Shown: positions 35,541 through 49,642, numbered from the stretch's first letter. The stretch is 64,000 bases of DNA from Octopus sinensis (GCF_006345805.1 NC_043002.1:54808001-54872000); one strand, 5' to 3'. Made by a program: numbers and translations. The notes: generated from the letters alone by a model not told the origin.

Positions 35541-35924
35541 TATGTGTGTGTGTGTGTGATCATTGCCATCATCATCATCATCATCAGCATCATCATCATC
35601 ATGACTAATTCTGGTTAAAAAAACTGCAGAAGCCGTAAACCAATCTTTTAATCAATTATAATGAATTAAAATTGGAATACAGTGGTGAGTAATTGATCTG
35701 TAGAGATGGCAATTGGTATCAAAGAAGAAGAAAAATAAGAGAAAAATCTAGGAATTTATAAATGATGGCAGCATGGGAGACAAGCATCTGTCATTTAAAA
35801 AATACATAAAAATTGTTGGCTTCGTTGAAACATTTATTATTTAATGTGAAAATTTTTGTCGCCTCAAATGCGACCTGGTCACAATCGTTTTAGTTTTAAC
35901 ACACATCTTCTGGTGAAATTGCTT

Positions 35925-36340
35925 GCTTGGCAACCACACCACAATTACATCGATCCCAGAATGTGACTGGTACTTATATTATGGACCCCACAAGGATGAA
36001 AGGCAAAGTTGATCTCAGCAGAATTCAAACACAGAATGTGAAGAACCAAAAAAAAATGCTGCTAAGCATTTTGTCTGGCATGCTAACCATTCTACCAGCC
36101 TGTAGCCTTCAAACTTGTTTAAATAATCCTTTCTAATAAAGGTGCAAGGCCAGCAATTTTGTGGAAAAAGGGTTATCAATTACATCGACCCCAGTACTCA
36201 ACTGGTACTTACTTTATCAACCTTGGAAGGATGAAACGCAAAATTGACCTCGGCAGAATTAGAACTCAGAACAGAAAGACTGACAAAGTGCTGCTAAGCA
36301 TTCTGCCCAGCGTGCTAATGATTCTATCAGACCACCATCT
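35925..36340 (-). mobile_element. Two tandem SINE family B copies
   Basis: Reverse-strand ggatgaaaggcaaagttgatctc / ggatgaaacgcaaaattgacctc blocks at about 35995 and 36230. Confidence 0.7.
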
Positions 36341-36619
36341 TAACTTGTTTAAATAATTAATACCTTTTTGATAATTGGGTCCAATTTGTTAATACTGACT
36401 GTTGTTAATTAGGGCGAATAATGACTTAATTGTAAATTACAATATGAATCTTGAATGAAACACTTTTGAAAGATGTGAAGTAGTCTTTTCACATATTGTG
36501 TGACTGATTCTATGCCGTCACTTGTCTTACACACGATTGTGCAACGTTACCCATTGCAGTGATAAACGCACCACCCAACTAGGTCGTTGGATCTGCAGTG
36601 AATACTTCGCTTTCACCTT

Positions 36620-36785
36620 GTGTGTCTAGGGTACTCAAGATGTCTCTCTAGGATACATCACAGATATATACCTAGGGTACCTTACAAAAGTGTATCTAGG
36701 GTACCTCAAGGTGTACATCTTGGGTATATCACAGGTATGTGTCTAGGTTATGTTACAGGTGTATGACTAGGGTACCTCACAGATG
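36620..36785. repeat. Degenerate minisatellite, about 22-bp unit (gtgtctagggtacctcacag)
   Basis: ctaggg/ctagga/cttggg/ctaggt recur about every 21-23 bp. Confidence 0.7.
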
Positions 36786-37499
36786 TTAGTAGTGATCATG
36801 CAAGCAGACGAAACACTTCTTCAATGTGGTTACGAATGACAGCAGGCACCTGTTATTTCTCATCGTGGATGAGATCTTTTTGCAGTGAGGTGGGGACTGG
36901 CCTTTTGAGGTTGAAATATGTCGGTCAGAGTCACAGAATAGATCGGGTTACATGAAACAAACACCTCATCCTTCCGGGTGTTAGTCAGTCACGACTAGGA
37001 AGTCACACCACCTCTTGCAAGTCACCCATTTGTTTACTACTTTCAATTATTGAGCAATGGCCATGCTGGGGCTCAACAATGGAACAATATATTCACCAAA
37101 ACAATTGTCATCAACATTGACATCGTCGTCACTCTATTTCTCCTCCTCCCCTTCCCCTCCTCCTCCTCCTCCTCCTCCTCACCACCAACTCCACCTCCAT
37201 CAATAGTATAGAGAATTGTAAATTCAATCAGAAAATACTAAAATTTGTGATAACAATCAAGGTGGTTTTATTTGAATTTTCTCTGCTGATCGATAAATCT
37301 GTTTAGCTGTGATGAGCTCTATTGATCCCAATATGATACGAGGCTTCACTTTTCAGAATCAAACTTAGTAATGCTGTACTCAAGACATAACTCTCAAGGT
37401 TTGACACAAAAAGAATGCCAAAACACAGTATTCAGCAAATTTATTGAAGAGTTTATTCTACCTATGGGCATCTGTACAATGTGAGTATGAAGCTATATA

Positions 37500-37930
37500 T
37501 AGAAGCTGGAAGAATTGTTGATATGGTGGGCGAAATGCTTTGCAGCATGTTGCCTTTCTTTATGTTCTGAGTTCAAATTCCGCCATGACCAACTTTATTT
37601 TTCATCCTTTCGGAATGGATAAGTACCAGTTATGTACTGGGGTCAATGTAATTGACTTACTCCTCTCCCCTAAATTACTGGCCTTGTGCTTTTAGTAGAA
37701 AGGATTGTTTAAACAAGCCTAAAGGCTTTGAGCTGGTAGTACTGTTAGCATGTCGAATAAAGTGCTCAGCAGCGTTTCTTTCGGCTCTTCATGTTCTGAG
37801 TTCAAATTCCACTGAGGTCAACTTTGATTTTCATCCTTCTGAGGTTCATAAAATAAGTATCAGTCCAGTTTGGGGTTCATGAAATTGACTTGCCCCTCCT
37901 CTCAAAATTGCTGGCCGTGTGCCAAAGTAA
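37500..37930 (+). mobile_element. Two tandem SINE family B copies
   Basis: ttctgagttcaaattcc...ttttcatcctt occurs twice. Confidence 0.7.
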
Positions 37931-38350
37931 GAAACAATTAAATAAGTTTGTAGGGTTTTATTATTTTCTAATTATGTTTCAATATAAATCATTATGTTCC
38001 ACTAATGTTTATGATTTATTTGGAAAATTTTGGTTATGAAAAGCCTAGGTTCTTGATAATTTTAAAATGGTTTTGCAGCCAGGTGTTGAAGCTAATAGTG
38101 TTGAATTTGCGGAAATCTTAAATTATGAAAGTTTTTAAACATACCCACCGGTTATTACTTGTCTATATTTTACTTGGTGACATAAACGAACATCAGCAGT
38201 TTTGAAAAAGAAAGAGAAGTGGAATATGGGCAACAATTGGCGTGCTTATAGGATTATAAATTGTGGTTCTCCCTAGGTATCTGACTTGTTTGTAAAATTT
38301 GGTGAGTTCATGGTAGTTTTTGTCTAAGCTTAGCCACTACAACTCTGCTA

Positions 38351-38637
38351 CAGTAATCCCTTGCCATATTGCGATTCACCTATTGCAGTTTATGATTTAA
38401 GATTATGTCAATTCTTCTGTGGTGTTGTTTTGCATGCATAATAAAATAAATATATACAAATTATAAAAGGTGGTGCTCCAGCATGGCCACAGTCAAATGA
38501 CTGAAACAAGTAAAAGAGAGTAAATTATAAAATTAAATAAAAAAAATAGTATACAGCACAGTTCTGTTTCTACGCAGATTTTCACCTATTGCGGGGGGTT
38601 TTGGAAAGTAACACCTGTGATAGTCGAGGGATTACTT
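38351..38637. mobile_element. Tc1/mariner-pogo-type MITE with an internal SINE-tail fragment
   Basis: TA|CAGTAATCCCTTG... and ...CGAGGGATTACTT|TA imperfect TIRs; repeated ttcacctattgc; family A tail at 38466-38520. Confidence 0.6.
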
Positions 38638-39551
38638 TAGTTCCATTTGGTATTATCTGGGTTGTCTGACAAAAGTTGTATCTGTTGATGATTTCATAAA
38701 TAGTCTGTTGCATTTGTTAACGGGTTTGCTACCCATCATTGCCATGCCTGATATTTCATAGACTTTCTGTAATCAATTACTGCTGTATTTGCTGTGGTGA
38801 CTGCATCCACAAAGGATTGTCAGAAACTCTTTGACTGATGGTGTCATGGTTGTCACATGACTTGGTACCACCCAGCTGAGCTGCATGGCTGATAACAATG
38901 CCCGTTGCTAATATTCTCTACTGTTAGCAACTAGTAGCTCATTAGCGCTCATTAAATCTGGTCTAAATCGTTGATTGGTTAAAAAAAAAAAAAATGATGA
39001 AGCAGACACATTTTGGGGCAGGTTTCACTGATAAAAGAAATGGCATTCTCGTAAATTTACCTGAAGGTTAGTGGCGTAGGTATGATCGTTAATGAAATGA
39101 AACTGTGTATCTGTGGGCTTGCATTTGCATCAGCAGCGTGTCATGACTGCAGTGAAATATTTACTACATAAAAATACAAACGCAAGGAAATAATAACAAT
39201 TGAAGGCTTTGGGTAAAAGAAAAAAGAAACAAGAGATAAAAGGAAAAACAAAACGAAAGACATCAGCTTTAAACATCGTATGATACACAACGAATGTGTA
39301 AAACAAAGAAAAAAACAAAAACAAAAAACAGAACAAGAAAAAAGTGAGTGAGAGAGAAAGAGAGAGAGAAGAAAAAGAGTGGTGGGTAATTTTCAACGGA
39401 AAGTCATTTATAAATGTAATTAAGATAATTAAAGTCAGGTAAGACAGAGTGAAATTGGTTAAGAAAAATAAATAAATACAGAAAGAAAGGAAGAAATAAA
39501 AACAGAGAGTTGAAAGGACTTACACACGCACGCGCATCCACATATACACAA

Positions 39552-39586
<35 letters not shown>

Positions 39587-39834
39587 CACACACGCTCACA
39601 CACAAATGACTACCCATTTGCATATGCATGCGCAATATCAAAGACGTGCTTTCTGCGTGGACAGCTACTAATTATTATTAATCGTTAAATGGAAAAAGTA
39701 GTTCCCAGTTTATTATAAAAAATGTGAATTAAATTTTGGAAAAAGATCCTTTTGTTTCTTCATTATGATTAGCACTTTCATTCTTCTCTAGAACTTGTCA
39801 AATACAAATATATATGTGTGTGTATATATATATA

Positions 39835-39999
39835 TATATATAATATAATTCGAGACAAAACCACTATTTTGCAAAACAATGAAACGATTGTAGTGGCGGT
39901 TTATTTCTTTATATTAAAAAAAAATTTTTATGTATTGATTAAGTCTTTTCTTGTTTGTTTTGCAAAATAGTGGTTTTGTCTCGAATTATATTATATAAT
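39835..39999. repeat. Perfect inverted repeat, about 45-bp arms, 75-bp spacer
   Basis: taatataattcgagacaaaaccactattttgcaaaacaa vs its reverse complement at 39955-39999. Confidence 0.9.
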
Positions 40000-40334
40000 A
40001 TTTTACTATAAAATTGGATTTAATCCTAAATCTGATTTTTCCCTGTAAATTTGGATTTATTCCCTAATATTTATTATTATATATATATATTATCCTTCGA
40101 AACGTTTAGTAGATGAAACCTTAGCGACTGAAGAAGGGGATTTTTCGTTGTGCTTATTGTCCTGTATCTCTCTTTTTTTTGCTTGTCTTGTTCCTTGGTT
40201 TGTGTCTATGTGTTTCGTCTCTCTATGTGTTCGACGTCTTTTTGGTGTCCTGTACACATATATGTGTGTATATGTACATGTAGAGGTAGGTATGTACATA
40301 TATGTTTATATATATGCATATGTTCTATTTTATT

Positions 40335-40388
<54 letters not shown>

Positions 40389-40419
40389 GATACATATATA
40401 TATATATATAGTTGAAAGT

Positions 40420-40570
40420 TATAGGAAAACAAAAGACGAAGACAGGTGTATCAACAACAAGCAAGTGTATTAGTTTGACATCCAGGAAAGTGAGAAAGTA
40501 TTTTATGCTTCGAGCCTCTGCTCTTCAACAGGAAGGAATAAGAGAAAATAAACAGAGAGCGAATAAAAAA
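40420..40570 (-). mobile_element. HHR-bearing repeat family 2 copy (degenerate motif 40496-40531)
   Basis: Minus strand: CTGTTGA-A-GAGC(AGAG)GCTC-GAAgcat-aaaa; flanks match 19555-19755. Confidence 0.65.
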
Positions 40571-41256
40571 TATTTGTACTTTATTATGGGTATGTTATAA
40601 TCAACTCTTCTAGACTTAAGTAACTAGAAAGTCTATACCTCTATTTCAGAACAGTAACAACTTATAAGGGATAAGAAGTTGATAGGTAAAGATATTAAAA
40701 TAAAAAAAACAAAATAATAAGAAATTATAGAGAATAGTAAGAAAATATATATAACTTATATAGCATACTAGTGGGTAAGTTCACATCATACACGACACTA
40801 AAATTAATTTCTCCTGTCCAAGTGCAGCACCTGTAAATGCTAATTTCAAAAATATTTAAATGTACAAGTGACCCTATGTACACAAGATACCCTTAGGTCT
40901 AATCTAATTCATTACATCAATTTAAAAGCAGGGCTATTCTCAGCTGCATAAATAAATAGAATGTTTTAATCAGTTGGACACATTAATATAATTTTACTCA
41001 GATTCTCTAATAGAGCAAGAAGAGGGAGAAAGTCCATGTTGCTACTAATGTGACTCAGAATATACTACACTTCTAAGAACTGTATGAAGTTTGTTAGGAT
41101 CATAGCTTGTAAAGGATTGTGGTTCACTTTTAATTTATTGGTCTTTTTTTATCAACTACCAAATCAAAGTCTAGAGGACAGTGTCTGTTTAGAATGGATA
41201 GAAAGAGTGAGTTGACAGTTTATAGTTTGGCATAATTCAACTGAATCTCAATTATT

Positions 41257-41368
<112 letters not shown>

Positions 41369-41402
41369 TACACACACATAACACATACATATATATATGT
41401 AT

Positions 41403-41580
41403 ATCATCCTCATCACCATCGTTTAACCTCCGTTTTTCATGCTGGCATGGGTTGGACGGTTTGACTGGGGTCTGGGAAGCCAGGAGGCTGCACCAGGCTC
41501 AAGTCTGATTTGGCAGCGTTTCTACAGCTGAATGCCCTTCCTAACACCAACCATTCCCAAAGTGTAGTGGGTGCTTTGTA
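41403..41580 (-). mobile_element. RTE 3'-UTR tail copy
   Basis: catc...tttaacctccgtttttcatgctggcatgggttggacgg...gcccttcctaacaccaacca. Confidence 0.8.
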
Positions 41581-42333
41581 TATATATATATGTGTGTGCG
41601 TGTATATATATATATATGCACACACACATATATATACAGACACACACATACATATATATGTGAAATGATGAATTGTATACTAATTTTGAAAAAAAATTAT
41701 TATTACCTTAAAATAAAATTAAATATTCAAAAAGTTTAAACAAAAATTGAAAACAAAATTATTCTCCATGTTGATTTTATATTATGGAAGTTCATACCCA
41801 CTTCTTGATATATATATATATATATATATATTATTATATATATATATATATATAATATGTATATGTATTATGTATGTATGTATGTATGATGTATGTATGT
41901 ATGTATGTATGTATGTATGTATGTATGTATGTATGATGTATGTATGTATGTATGTATGTATGTATGCGTGTGTGTATATATATATGTATGTACATGTGTA
42001 TATGTATACATACATATACACACAGTCATATATGTATTATATACATTTACATACAAACATTTATACATACACACATATATATATAAACACACACACACAC
42101 ACACACCACACACACACACACACACATACCCCGTTGTCTCCTTCTCCACCTCTGTCTGCAGCCCTTTCTCCTTCACTCTGTCTGTGTGTATAGAGTTCCT
42201 TTTCTCATTGCCTGCCATCAAACCTAGTATGTGCACACATCCTGCATCACTTATGTTAATTTTCTCCATATCCTCTTTCAATCACACTCTTCTCTCGATC
42301 TACATGATGTAAAGCGTGACTACACAAATCAAC

Positions 42334-42395
<62 letters not shown>

Positions 42396-42658
42396 TATGT
42401 TTGACTTTTGCTTTATATTTGTACAAGTTTGCTCCAATTCTCACCCAGAGACCTCAAGAAACAACAGGTTGGAAGTTCATGTTGTTGTTATGCCTAGTGT
42501 GCCATATATTTTTTGTTTTTTTGGTGTTGTACTAGTGAATGACTAAAAAAAAAAAATAATGTTTGTTTTAAACCTTGAGATTACATAGAAAGTATTTTGT
42601 GTAGAATATGAGCAGTTCCCATGAGCACTATCTTTTGAATTTCTGCCATTTTTGGGTA

Positions 42659-42694
<36 letters not shown>

Positions 42695-42919
42695 GGTGGT
42701 GAGCTGGCAGAATTGTTAACATGGCAGGTGAAATGCTTAGCTATATTCCGTTCGTCTTCATGTTCTAGGTTCAAATTCCACTGAGGTTGACTTTGCTTGT
42801 GAGTTCAAGCATCTGTCCCACAGATTTCTTGCAGGGACCAATTCTGGAGGCTAAATATGGGTGTGGCTAAGGCATTGCAAAGAGGTGGGCGATATGCCTG
42901 TTTTAAGCTGAGAGTTCAG

Positions 42920-43030
42920 AGGATCATATTTTAAAAAGCCTTCTCAATTTTTGTTCTTTCTCTGTTGATGAATCCATTGGAGCTGAGACACTCATCCTGT
43001 CCAAGATACTTGTAGATTTCCTCAGAGAGT
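42920..43030 (-). mobile_element. Old non-LTR RT fragment (YKYLG motif)
   Basis: Minus frame EEIYKYLGQDECLSSNGFINRE; short, no flanking support. Confidence 0.4.
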
Positions 43031-43064
43031 AAAAGCTGTGTTTGTGTATGCACATTTGTATGTA

Positions 43065-43385
43065 TGGCTCGGTGGTTAGAACATCGGGCTCACAATCAAG
43101 AGGTAGGGAGTTTGATTGCTGGACTGGGCTGCGTGTTGTGTTCTCGAGCAAGACATTTTATTTCGTATTGCTCCAGTTCACTCAGCTGTAGAAATGAGTT
43201 GCAACATCACTGGTGTCAAATTGTATCGGCCCCTTTGCCTTTCCCTTGGATAACACAGGTGATGAGGAGAGGGGAGGCTGGTACGCATGGGTGACTGCTG
43301 GTCTTCCATAAACAACCTTGCAAGGTCTTGTGCCTTGGAGGGTAACATTCTAGGTGCAATCCCATGGTCATTCATGACTGAAGGG
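43065..43385 (+). mobile_element. tRNA-derived SINE family D
   Basis: ggctcggtggttagaacatcgggctcacaatc...gtgttgtgttctcgagcaagacattttatttc...ttcactcagctgtagaaatg. Confidence 0.65.
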
Positions 43386-43409
43386 GTTCTTTTTATGCAT
43401 GTATGTATG

Positions 43410-43525
43410 TCATTATTCAGTTTATTTCAAGATTTCTTGCCAATAGAGAAAGAGCCGGTTTCTAACCTAGATTTAAGGCTCCTCCATTGGAATTTCAATA
43501 TCAACGACAGGGTACTTTTTTTGTT
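43410..43525 (+). repeat. (TATG)n-associated interspersed repeat; further copy at 45112-45225, weaker copy near 50485
   Basis: tcattattcagtttatttcaagatttcttgccaatagagaaaga...ctaacctagat..aaggctcc..cattggaatttcaa. Confidence 0.75.
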
Positions 43526-43665
43526 AGAATGTATGTATGTACGTACGTATGTATGTATGTATGTATGTATGTATGTATGTATGTATGTATGTATGTATGT
43601 ACGTATGTATGTTTGTATGTATGTATGAATGTATGAATGTATGTATGTATGTACGTATGTATGTA

Positions 43666-44941
43666 CCGGGTGGCCTGTAAGTCTCCACCCATCCATATAT
43701 CTTACGTATCCAGTGTATCTGTGTGCTATCCTGCCTTCTCGTTGCGTAATATTGTACGATGCCATGTTCTGTGAGATATTTCCCTCGATGTAGCAGCAGT
43801 TATTGTTCCAAATGCCATGGTAACAGCTGCCTTTGTAATGGGGATATATATTCAGTACCTGGTGTTGACATGGCTGCATGTATATTATTACAAGAGTTCA
43901 TACAGAGATGATGAATAAATTCAACAACTATATATATTTTTTTTACTTGTTTCAGTCATTTGACTGCAGCTATGCTGGAGCACCACCTTTAGTTGAGCAA
44001 ATCAACCCCGGGACTTATTCTTTGTAAGCCCAGTACTTATTCTATCGGTCTCTTTTGCCGAACCGCTAAGTGACGGGGATGTAAACACACCAGCATCGGT
44101 TGTCAAGCAATGCTAGGGGGACAAACACAGACACACACACACATATATATATATATATACATATATACGATGGGCTTCTTTCAGTTTCCATCTACCAAAT
44201 CCACTCACAAGGCATTGGTCGGCCCAGGGCTATATCAGAAGACACTTGTCCAAGATGCCATGCAGTGGGACTGAACCCGGAACCATGTGGTTGGTTAGCA
44301 AGCTACTTACCACACAACCACTCCTATTTACAACATAAAAATATATTTTATTTACTGGTCGCTGATGATACCTAGAATCAAAATGCAGAATTTTGTTGAT
44401 TGAAGCAATCTATGCAAGAAAGTTCAGAGATAGGAAATATAGAAATAACAGCTAAGAGGTGGCTTTCAGTCATGTGGCATAGAGAAATAGATGGACATAG
44501 CAATGATCTGAATGGCTCTAAGTCTAATTGACCAAGAAGTGAAGAGTTAGCAAGACCACTACACCTTCACTTCATCATTGGAATTATAACATTGTTTAGA
44601 AACAATGTCATTTATGTATCCCCAAAGGGAGTTATCACATGTTGTCATGTCCGGATGTCATGCATGTCATTTCAGGGGCGTCAGGGATGTTTCAGAATCG
44701 CAAACTATCCATTTGTCTGCAGAATTGTCGTTAAGATAATCTCACATAGTGAGAACGTAATGAGCCAGAGTGTCATCTTGCTGAAACCGAATTTCCTCTC
44801 TTGATTCCAAATTCATCGAGTTTTGGTATAAACCACTGTTGTAACATGTTTAGATATGAGGTATGGTTTACTGGTCCGTCAGCGAGGTGTATCCTCAATA
44901 TTCCTGACATACAGACGGGTAAAGACTTACAGACTACCCTG
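43666..44941 (-). mobile_element. Internally deleted Tc1/mariner element related to DD41D (rosa/Visitor), with nested SINE
   Basis: TA-flanked degenerate TIRs (ccgggtggcctgtaagtctccacccatcc / gacgggtaaagacttacagactaccctg). Minus-strand remnants: GPVNHTSYLNMLQQWFIPKL, FQQDDTLAHY...WIV...HPDMTTCDNSLWGYI, and C-terminal AFGTITAATSREISHRTWHR...HTDTLD at about 43700-43830. Confidence 0.8.
43940..44324 (-). mobile_element. CORE-type SINE family A nested in the DD41D-like element
   Basis: Reverse complement of the family A consensus. Confidence 0.85.
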
Positions 44942-45252
44942 TATGTATGTATGTATGTATGTATGTATGTATGTATGTATGTATGTATGTATGTATGTAT
45001 GTATGTATGTATGTATGTATGTATGTACATACGTATGTATGTATGTCTCTATGTATGTTTCTATCTATATACGCATGTACATATGTATGTATATATGTAT
45101 GCATGTATGTATATCATTATTCAGTTTTATTTCAAGATTTCTTGCCAATAGAGAAAGATCTGGTTACTAACCTAGATCCAAGGCTCCTTCATTGGAATTT
45201 CAACATAAACAACAGGGTATTTTTGTTCGTTTGTATGTATGTGCTATGTATG

Positions 45253-45286
<34 letters not shown>

Positions 45287-45644
45287 TGTATGTATGTATG
45301 TATGTATGTATATATGTATGTATGTATGTGTGCAGGTTTGTATGTTTTGTTTTATGTATGTCTTCTCATGCATATACTCCCATATCTAGACATGCTCATA
45401 TATATATCTAAATGATAAACTTTCTGGAAAGTTTTACAGATTTTTACAGTTCCAGTGATGGATTGGATCTGTAGTCTTTGAATTAGGGTTCTCCATTCTG
45501 GTTTTGAGAATGCATGTACGTAGGTATGTACGTATGTATGTATGTATGTATGTAGTATGTATGTATGTATGTATGTATGTATGTATGAGCATGTGCATGT
45601 ATGTAGACAGGCATATATGTACACACACACACACACACACACAC

Positions 45645-45830
45645 AAATCAAAGAAGAAGATGCCAAAAGCTTCAAACGCAACCTGGAGCAATTTCTTGCA
45701 GGGAGACCCAATGAGGCACCTCTTCCTCGATACACTTCACTCAAAAACAAATCCCTGCTTAACTTTAAAATGACTCAACAGATCATCTCAGGGGTTACTA
45801 TTAAGTTTGATTTGGCATGGACCAAGTTTT
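45645..45830 (+). mobile_element. CR1/L2-group LINE 3' end fragment
   Basis: IKEEDAKSFKRNLEQFLAGRPNEAPLPRYTSLKNKSLL resembles the FKxxLDxFL..P C-terminus of CR1-group ORF2 (recalled, not searched). Confidence 0.45.
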
Positions 45831-45892
45831 GGCCAAAACATTTATCTAGTGTATGTGTGTGTGTGTGTCTACACATATACACTTGCATATAC

Positions 45893-46120
45893 TCTTTTAC
45901 TCTTTTACTTGTTTCAGTCATTTGACTGTGGCCATGCTGGAGCACTGCTTTTAGTTGAGCAAATTGACCCCAGGACTTATTCTTTGTAAGCCTAGTACTT
46001 ATTCTATCGGTCTCTTTTTTCGAACTGCTAGGTTACGGGGAAGTAAACACCCCAGCATTGGTTGTCAAGCGATGTGGGGGGGACAAACACAGACACACAA
46101 ACATATACACACATACATGC

Positions 46121-46151
<31 letters not shown>

Positions 46152-46311
46152 TATGACAGACTTCTTTCAGTTTCCATCTACCAAATCCACTCACAAGGCT
46201 TTGGTTGGCCCGAGGCTATAGTAGAAGACACTTGCCCAAGGTGTCACACAGTGGGACTGAACCCAGAACCATATGGTTTGTAAGCAAGCTACTCACCACA
46301 CAGCCACTCCT
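45893..46311 (-). mobile_element. CORE-type SINE family A
   Basis: Reverse complement of the family A consensus. Confidence 0.85.
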
Positions 46312-46368
46312 AAGTATATATACATACACATACACAAATATATATATCTGTATTTATCAGTGTATCTA

Positions 46369-46710
<342 letters not shown>

Positions 46711-47774
46711 CATTTATATACATATGTTAATATCTAAGTATGTCTGTGTGTGTTTGTAAGCATTATATATGTGTGCATCTGCGTATATATGTATACATGT
46801 AAGTATGTAAGTATGTATGTATATATGTATTTACCTATGTTAGTATATACATATCTATTTGTCTGTCTGTATGTTGGAATGTAGGAAGCAATGTTGTTAA
46901 GGAGGCGAGTAATTAAACAGATTGGTTGCTGTGCAGCAGAATGCAGAAAGATCATGTGCAGACTTGTAGGAACTGTATCGAAACACAAACAGAAGTTCCT
47001 GTGAATACACACACACACACACAAAGTCACAGATACATATATGAATGTGTGTGTGTGTCTGTTTGTGTATATGTATGTATAAATGTATGCATTTATGGGT
47101 ATGACTTAAAACACTGAGTCTGGTAGTGAGGCTCTGGTTTGGGATTTTGAGGGTTTTGAAGAATGTGATGCCACCTCTAAGCCACTATTCTTCCCAGGTC
47201 TCTCCTAACCCAGAGTAGCAGAACTGGTCAGGGCCCCAACTATGGGTTAATTAGCATATGGGATGACATTCCATCTGATTGCAGGGATGCAGAGATACCC
47301 TTGATTGGTGTCAGGGTCTGTAGGAAAACCATTGGGAGTGAGTGGAGGTGTGTGGCTTAGGGGTTAGGGTGTTGGACTCATGATTGTAAGATGTTAGGTT
47401 GGCAAACAATCTTTACTCCAAAGTACTGTCGCTGAATATCTCTCATTGTGAGATTTAAAAATAGTAATTTTCTAATACCAATATTGTCGCTGGACTGGGT
47501 TTGTATGTTGGGATTGCACACTGGGGTTGCATAGTAACAACTGCAAGTGTGGAGGAGTGCACTTCCACTGGTCATCGTTTGACCATTTGCACTGGTCATC
47601 GTTTGCAAAGTTCTTGTCACAAGACTTCTCTCTCAGAGAGCAACATCAAAACAACATCAGATGCTTGATTCTAGAGCAATAGTTCTCAGCTGGGGTTCAT
47701 GTCAGGGGTCAATATGAGATTTTGTTGTTAAAATTTATAAATTTGTTATACTTGTACAATCGTGGCACTCCATT

Positions 47775-48143
47775 AGTTATGACAACGAGGATTCCAGTTG
47801 ATCTGATCAAGGGAACAACTTGCTTGTGAAATTAATGTGCAAGTGGCTGAGCACTCCACAGACACATGTACTCTTAACATAGTTCTCGGGGAGATTCAGC
47901 GTGACACAGAATGTGACAAGGCTGGCCCATTGAAATACAAGTACAAGAGAAACAGGAAGAAAGAGTGAGAGAAAGTAGTGGTGAAAGAATACAGCAGGGT
48001 TCGCTACCACCCTCTGCCAGAGCCTTGTGGAGATTTAAGTGTTTTTGCTCAATAAACACTCACAGCGTCCAGTCCAGGAATATAAACTGCAATCCCATGA
48101 CTGTGAGTTTGTTGCCCTAACCACTGGGCCATTGCACCTCCAC
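47775..48143 (-). mobile_element. Adjacent SINE family E (47775-47950) and family C (47955-48143) copies
   Basis: Reverse matches to 19260-19440 and 17050-17255. Confidence 0.7.
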
Positions 48144-48699
48144 ACTTGTATAATATACAAAATATTTTAACAATTTTTTTAATACAATTCCTAATAATAT
48201 TTAATTATAAACATATAATGGGATTTCTTAAACATGGAATGGCTCTGAGGGTCCAGGTGAGTAAAACAGAAATCAAAAAAGGTGCAAAAAGGGTTGAGAG
48301 ACACTGTTCTAGAGCAATGCTTCTCATATGAAGATTGAAACAAACACAGGTGAAATTTAATATGATTAAAGTAGTTTTCAAACTTTATAAAGTTATCCTA
48401 CCAAGGGCCAGCTCAAGGTACTGGCAATCTGGGTAGTCGCAAGGGCCAGCTCAAGGTACTGACAATCCGGGTAGTCACTTGAGGTGCCATGTGCTAGGGA
48501 ATGCCAAGGAGGGCATGACAAAGACAAGGAAATTTCCACGACCATCAGCTTGTACATATTGAAGTTCAATTTGCCTAGGGCTGGCCCTGCTCCTACCCCA
48601 TGGTGGAGAAAGAAAAATTACATGGATCTGGAACTGTATTGATAAAATTGGGAGTGAGAGGGATGAAGGGATTGGAGAGGGGTCTCTCCTTTTAAAACC

Positions 48700-49030
48700 A
48701 CGTGGTTTCGGGTTTGGTTCCACAGTAAGCTACCTTGGACAAGTGTCTTCTGCTGTTGCCCATGATCAACCAATACCTTCTGAATTCATTTGGTGGACGG
48801 AAACTGTGTGGAAGCCCAATGTACCTGTGTTTGTCACACTCCCCTCCATACTCTAACAACTGGTGCTGGTTTATTTATGTCCACGTAATATAGCTGTTCA
48901 CCAAAAGACACCAATAGAATAAGTCCCAAGTTTAAAAAATAAGGACTGGATTAGATTTGTTTGACTAATCCCCTCCCCCTGTAAGATGGTGCCCCAGCAT
49001 GGCGGTAATCTGAAAGAAGTAAAAGATAAA
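48700..49030 (+). mobile_element. CORE-type SINE family A (diverged)
   Basis: accacgtggtttcggg..ccttggacaagtgtcttctg...gccccagcatggcgg. Confidence 0.7.
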
Positions 49031-49583
49031 AAAATATAGATGATTATGTTCCAGATAGAGTGGGGTGGGGCAAACTAGTATTTATCAGTTTGAAGACCAT
49101 TATTGCCCAGGACAAATGATGGAATGTACCTGGAGTCTAAAATAGGAAAAAGGGAACAGAAAGGGTTGCTTTGGACAGTGTAAACCCTAACAATGAAAAG
49201 ATGGGGTGGTCATGCCTAGAATGTCTTTGATCATATACCTGCTCAACGAAGATTGACCTAGGGCTAAACAGCAGTAATTAATTCTGTATTTCGTTGATGT
49301 TCTCACATCTGACAGTCAATCTCCCAATTAACGTTAACTGCAGGATTTCATTTCACTGCTGCTGACGCTGCTGCTGTTGCGAACACTGATTTCAGCTCTT
49401 TGATAGTTTTGACCCCTTTATCAGTGAAGGGTGAGAGAAACGAGGGAGATCATGAGAAGGAGAATGAGAATGGCTGCGGCGGTGGTTGTGGTGGTGACAA
49501 TGGTCGTGACGATGATAGTGATGATGATGTTGACGATGAGAGGTGTGCATGCATGCGTCTGTGCATGCATGCGTCTGTGCATG

Positions 49584-49642
<59 letters not shown>

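Noticed and set aside
47357-47369. TTAGGGGTTAGGG telomere-like motif
   Set aside because: Only two imperfect units, compatible with chance.
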